Origin: Candidatus Methylomirabilis limnetica
GTDB taxonomy: Bacteria > Methylomirabilota > Methylomirabilia > Methylomirabilales > Methylomirabilaceae
NCBI RefSeq assembly: GCF_003044035.1
Contig: NZ_NVQC01000008.1
Coordinates: 30,001 to 62,000 of the forward strand
Reading direction: 5' to 3'
DNA length: 32,000 nt
Shown: positions 31,210-32,000 of the stretch, one piece after another
How the letters are laid out: every line of letters starts with the position of its first letter
Numbering within the stretch: the first letter of the stretch is position 1
Position numbers and translations under genes: made by a program
The notes under the pieces: generated by a model
Told to the model about the DNA's origin: nothing
Databases searched by the model: none
The model's input: the letters and a program-made list of their open reading frames with translations, nothing else

Positions 31210-32000
31210 TTACACCCGCGCGAAATCGATGAACCCTTGCTCCACATTGGTGTCGATGAGCTCGACCCGGACCCGATCGCCGACGTCAAGCCCCTTGAAC
31301 CCACGGACAACCCTACCCTCTGCAGAGGGGTGAAGGATACGTACCCAGGTCCCTTTCGCGGCCGCACCGGTGACGATGGCGTCGAAGCGCTGTCCGATCT
31401 TCGATTCGAGGAGCAGCGCGGCCGCCGATTTCTGGACCCGTCGCTCGACCTTGCTGGCATTGTCTTCCTGTTCGGTGCAGTGCTGCGCGAGCGTGTTGAG
31501 CTCCTCAAGGCTGTACGGGGCCGCGTGCTCAGCCAGCGTGGCTTTGAGCAACCGCTGTGTGAGCAGATCGGGGAAGCGCCGGTTCGGGGCCGTGGAGTGC
31601 GTGTAGGCCGGAATCGCCAGGCCGAAGTGGCCCGGCGACGTCTGATCTGGCCCCTCTACCACGTACTCGCCCCGACCGATCAGCTTGACGACGGTCAGCG
31701 AGAGATCGGGAAACCGCACCGGGTCCGCCTGGCGCCGGGTCAATAGGAACGCCTCCAGGGCGGCGGCGTCCGGCTCGGGCGGGAGCCGTGCCCCCAGGTG
31801 GGCCGCCAACTCCACAATCCGTTGCCATCGGTCCGGCGAGCGCAAGATCCGGCGCAGGGACGGTAGGCTCCGCGCCTCGAGGTACCGAACCGTCACACGA
31901 TTCGCCGCGATCATGAGATCCTCAATGAGCTCCTGTGCCCGGTCCTTGTCCTCGACGCGCAGATCGGTCAGCACGTCGTCCTCCAACACGGCGCGCGGCT
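31210..32000 (-). CDS. RNB-domain 3'-5' exoribonuclease (RNase II/R family), C-terminal part with S1 domain; 5' end outside the window
   Basis: RNB catalytic-region motifs are present (HFGLAIPAYTHSTAPNRRFPDLLTQR), with a C-terminal S1-like domain (GQRFDAIVTGAAAKGTWVRI...VRVELIDTNVEQGFIDF). The ORF is open to the window edge. Confidence 0.85.
   Translation of the reverse strand, partial: PRAVLEDDVLTDLRVEDKDRAQELIEDLMIAANRVTVRYLEARSLPSLRRILRSPDRWQRIVELAAHLGARLPPEPDAAALEAFLLTRRQADPVRFPDLSLTVVKLIGRGEYVVEGPDQTSPGHFGLAIPAYTHSTAPNRRFPDLLTQRLLKATLAEHAAPYSLEELNTLAQHCTEQEDNASKVERRVQKSAAALLLESKIGQRFDAIVTGAAAKGTWVRILHPSAEGRVVRGFKGLDVGDRVRVELIDTNVEQGFIDFARV
31464..31495. repeat. 32-bp perfect direct repeat, copy 2 (inside the RNB ribonuclease gene, encoding TLAQHCTEQE)
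   Basis: Identical to 30185-30216. It lies 254 nt upstream of the gene's stop codon. Confidence 0.9.

Noticed and set aside
1-32000. Search by eye for tRNA, rRNA, tmRNA, integrase or transposase genes, and known riboswitch cores.
   Set aside because: None was recognised. No T-loop-like GGTTCGAATCC-type motifs occur in a plausible tRNA context, and no recombinase-like ORFs are present. A covariance-model scan (tRNAscan-SE, Infernal/Rfam) would be needed to exclude small RNAs.

Overview
High-GC bacterial chromosomal window. The lineage cannot be fixed without a database search; the repeat families and cytochrome content are typical of NC10, Nitrospirota or deltaproteobacteria-like genomes. No rRNA, tRNA or CRISPR array was recognised by eye.

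Layout:
(1) 47-10881, all on the minus strand: a housekeeping string of LysR regulator, GT4 glycosyltransferase, AsmA-family protein, gatB, gamma-glutamylcyclotransferase, small exported protein, gatA, gatC and UvrD/PcrA helicase. Two small inverted-repeat elements derived from a four-helix-bundle (23S rRNA IVS protein) gene sit immediately upstream of gatB and gatC.
(2) 11335-11928: an orphan gene that looks more AT-rich by eye.
(3) 12061-21443, plus strand: the standout locus. It encodes an MtrA/PioA-type decahaem cytochrome, an MtrB/PioB-type outer-membrane barrel, a Rieske protein, a fused cytochrome b, a membrane-anchored nonahaem cytochrome c, a c7-type trihaem cytochrome, and a 13-haem cytochrome c fused to a membrane b-type cytochrome domain. 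This looks like a complete outer-membrane-to-quinone electron conduit in an architecture I do not recognise as characterised.
(4) 21675-23019: a TPR protein and phosphatidylcholine synthase.
(5) 23057-27355, minus strand: ABC ATPase, ABC-2 permease, GldG-like protein and DUF4340 protein.
(6) 27556-30876: an XRE regulator, wrbA, and a toxin-antitoxin islet (higBA, parDE-like, vapBC).
(7) 31210-32000: the 3' part of an RNB/S1 exoribonuclease gene. A 32-bp segment of this gene is exactly duplicated 1.3 kb away, next to vapC.

A GC-rich palindromic repeat family (translating as PPFxKGGxGGF) occurs four times in three loci, once in frame inside asmA. All calls come from reading the supplied ORF translations and the sequence by eye. 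No searches were run.
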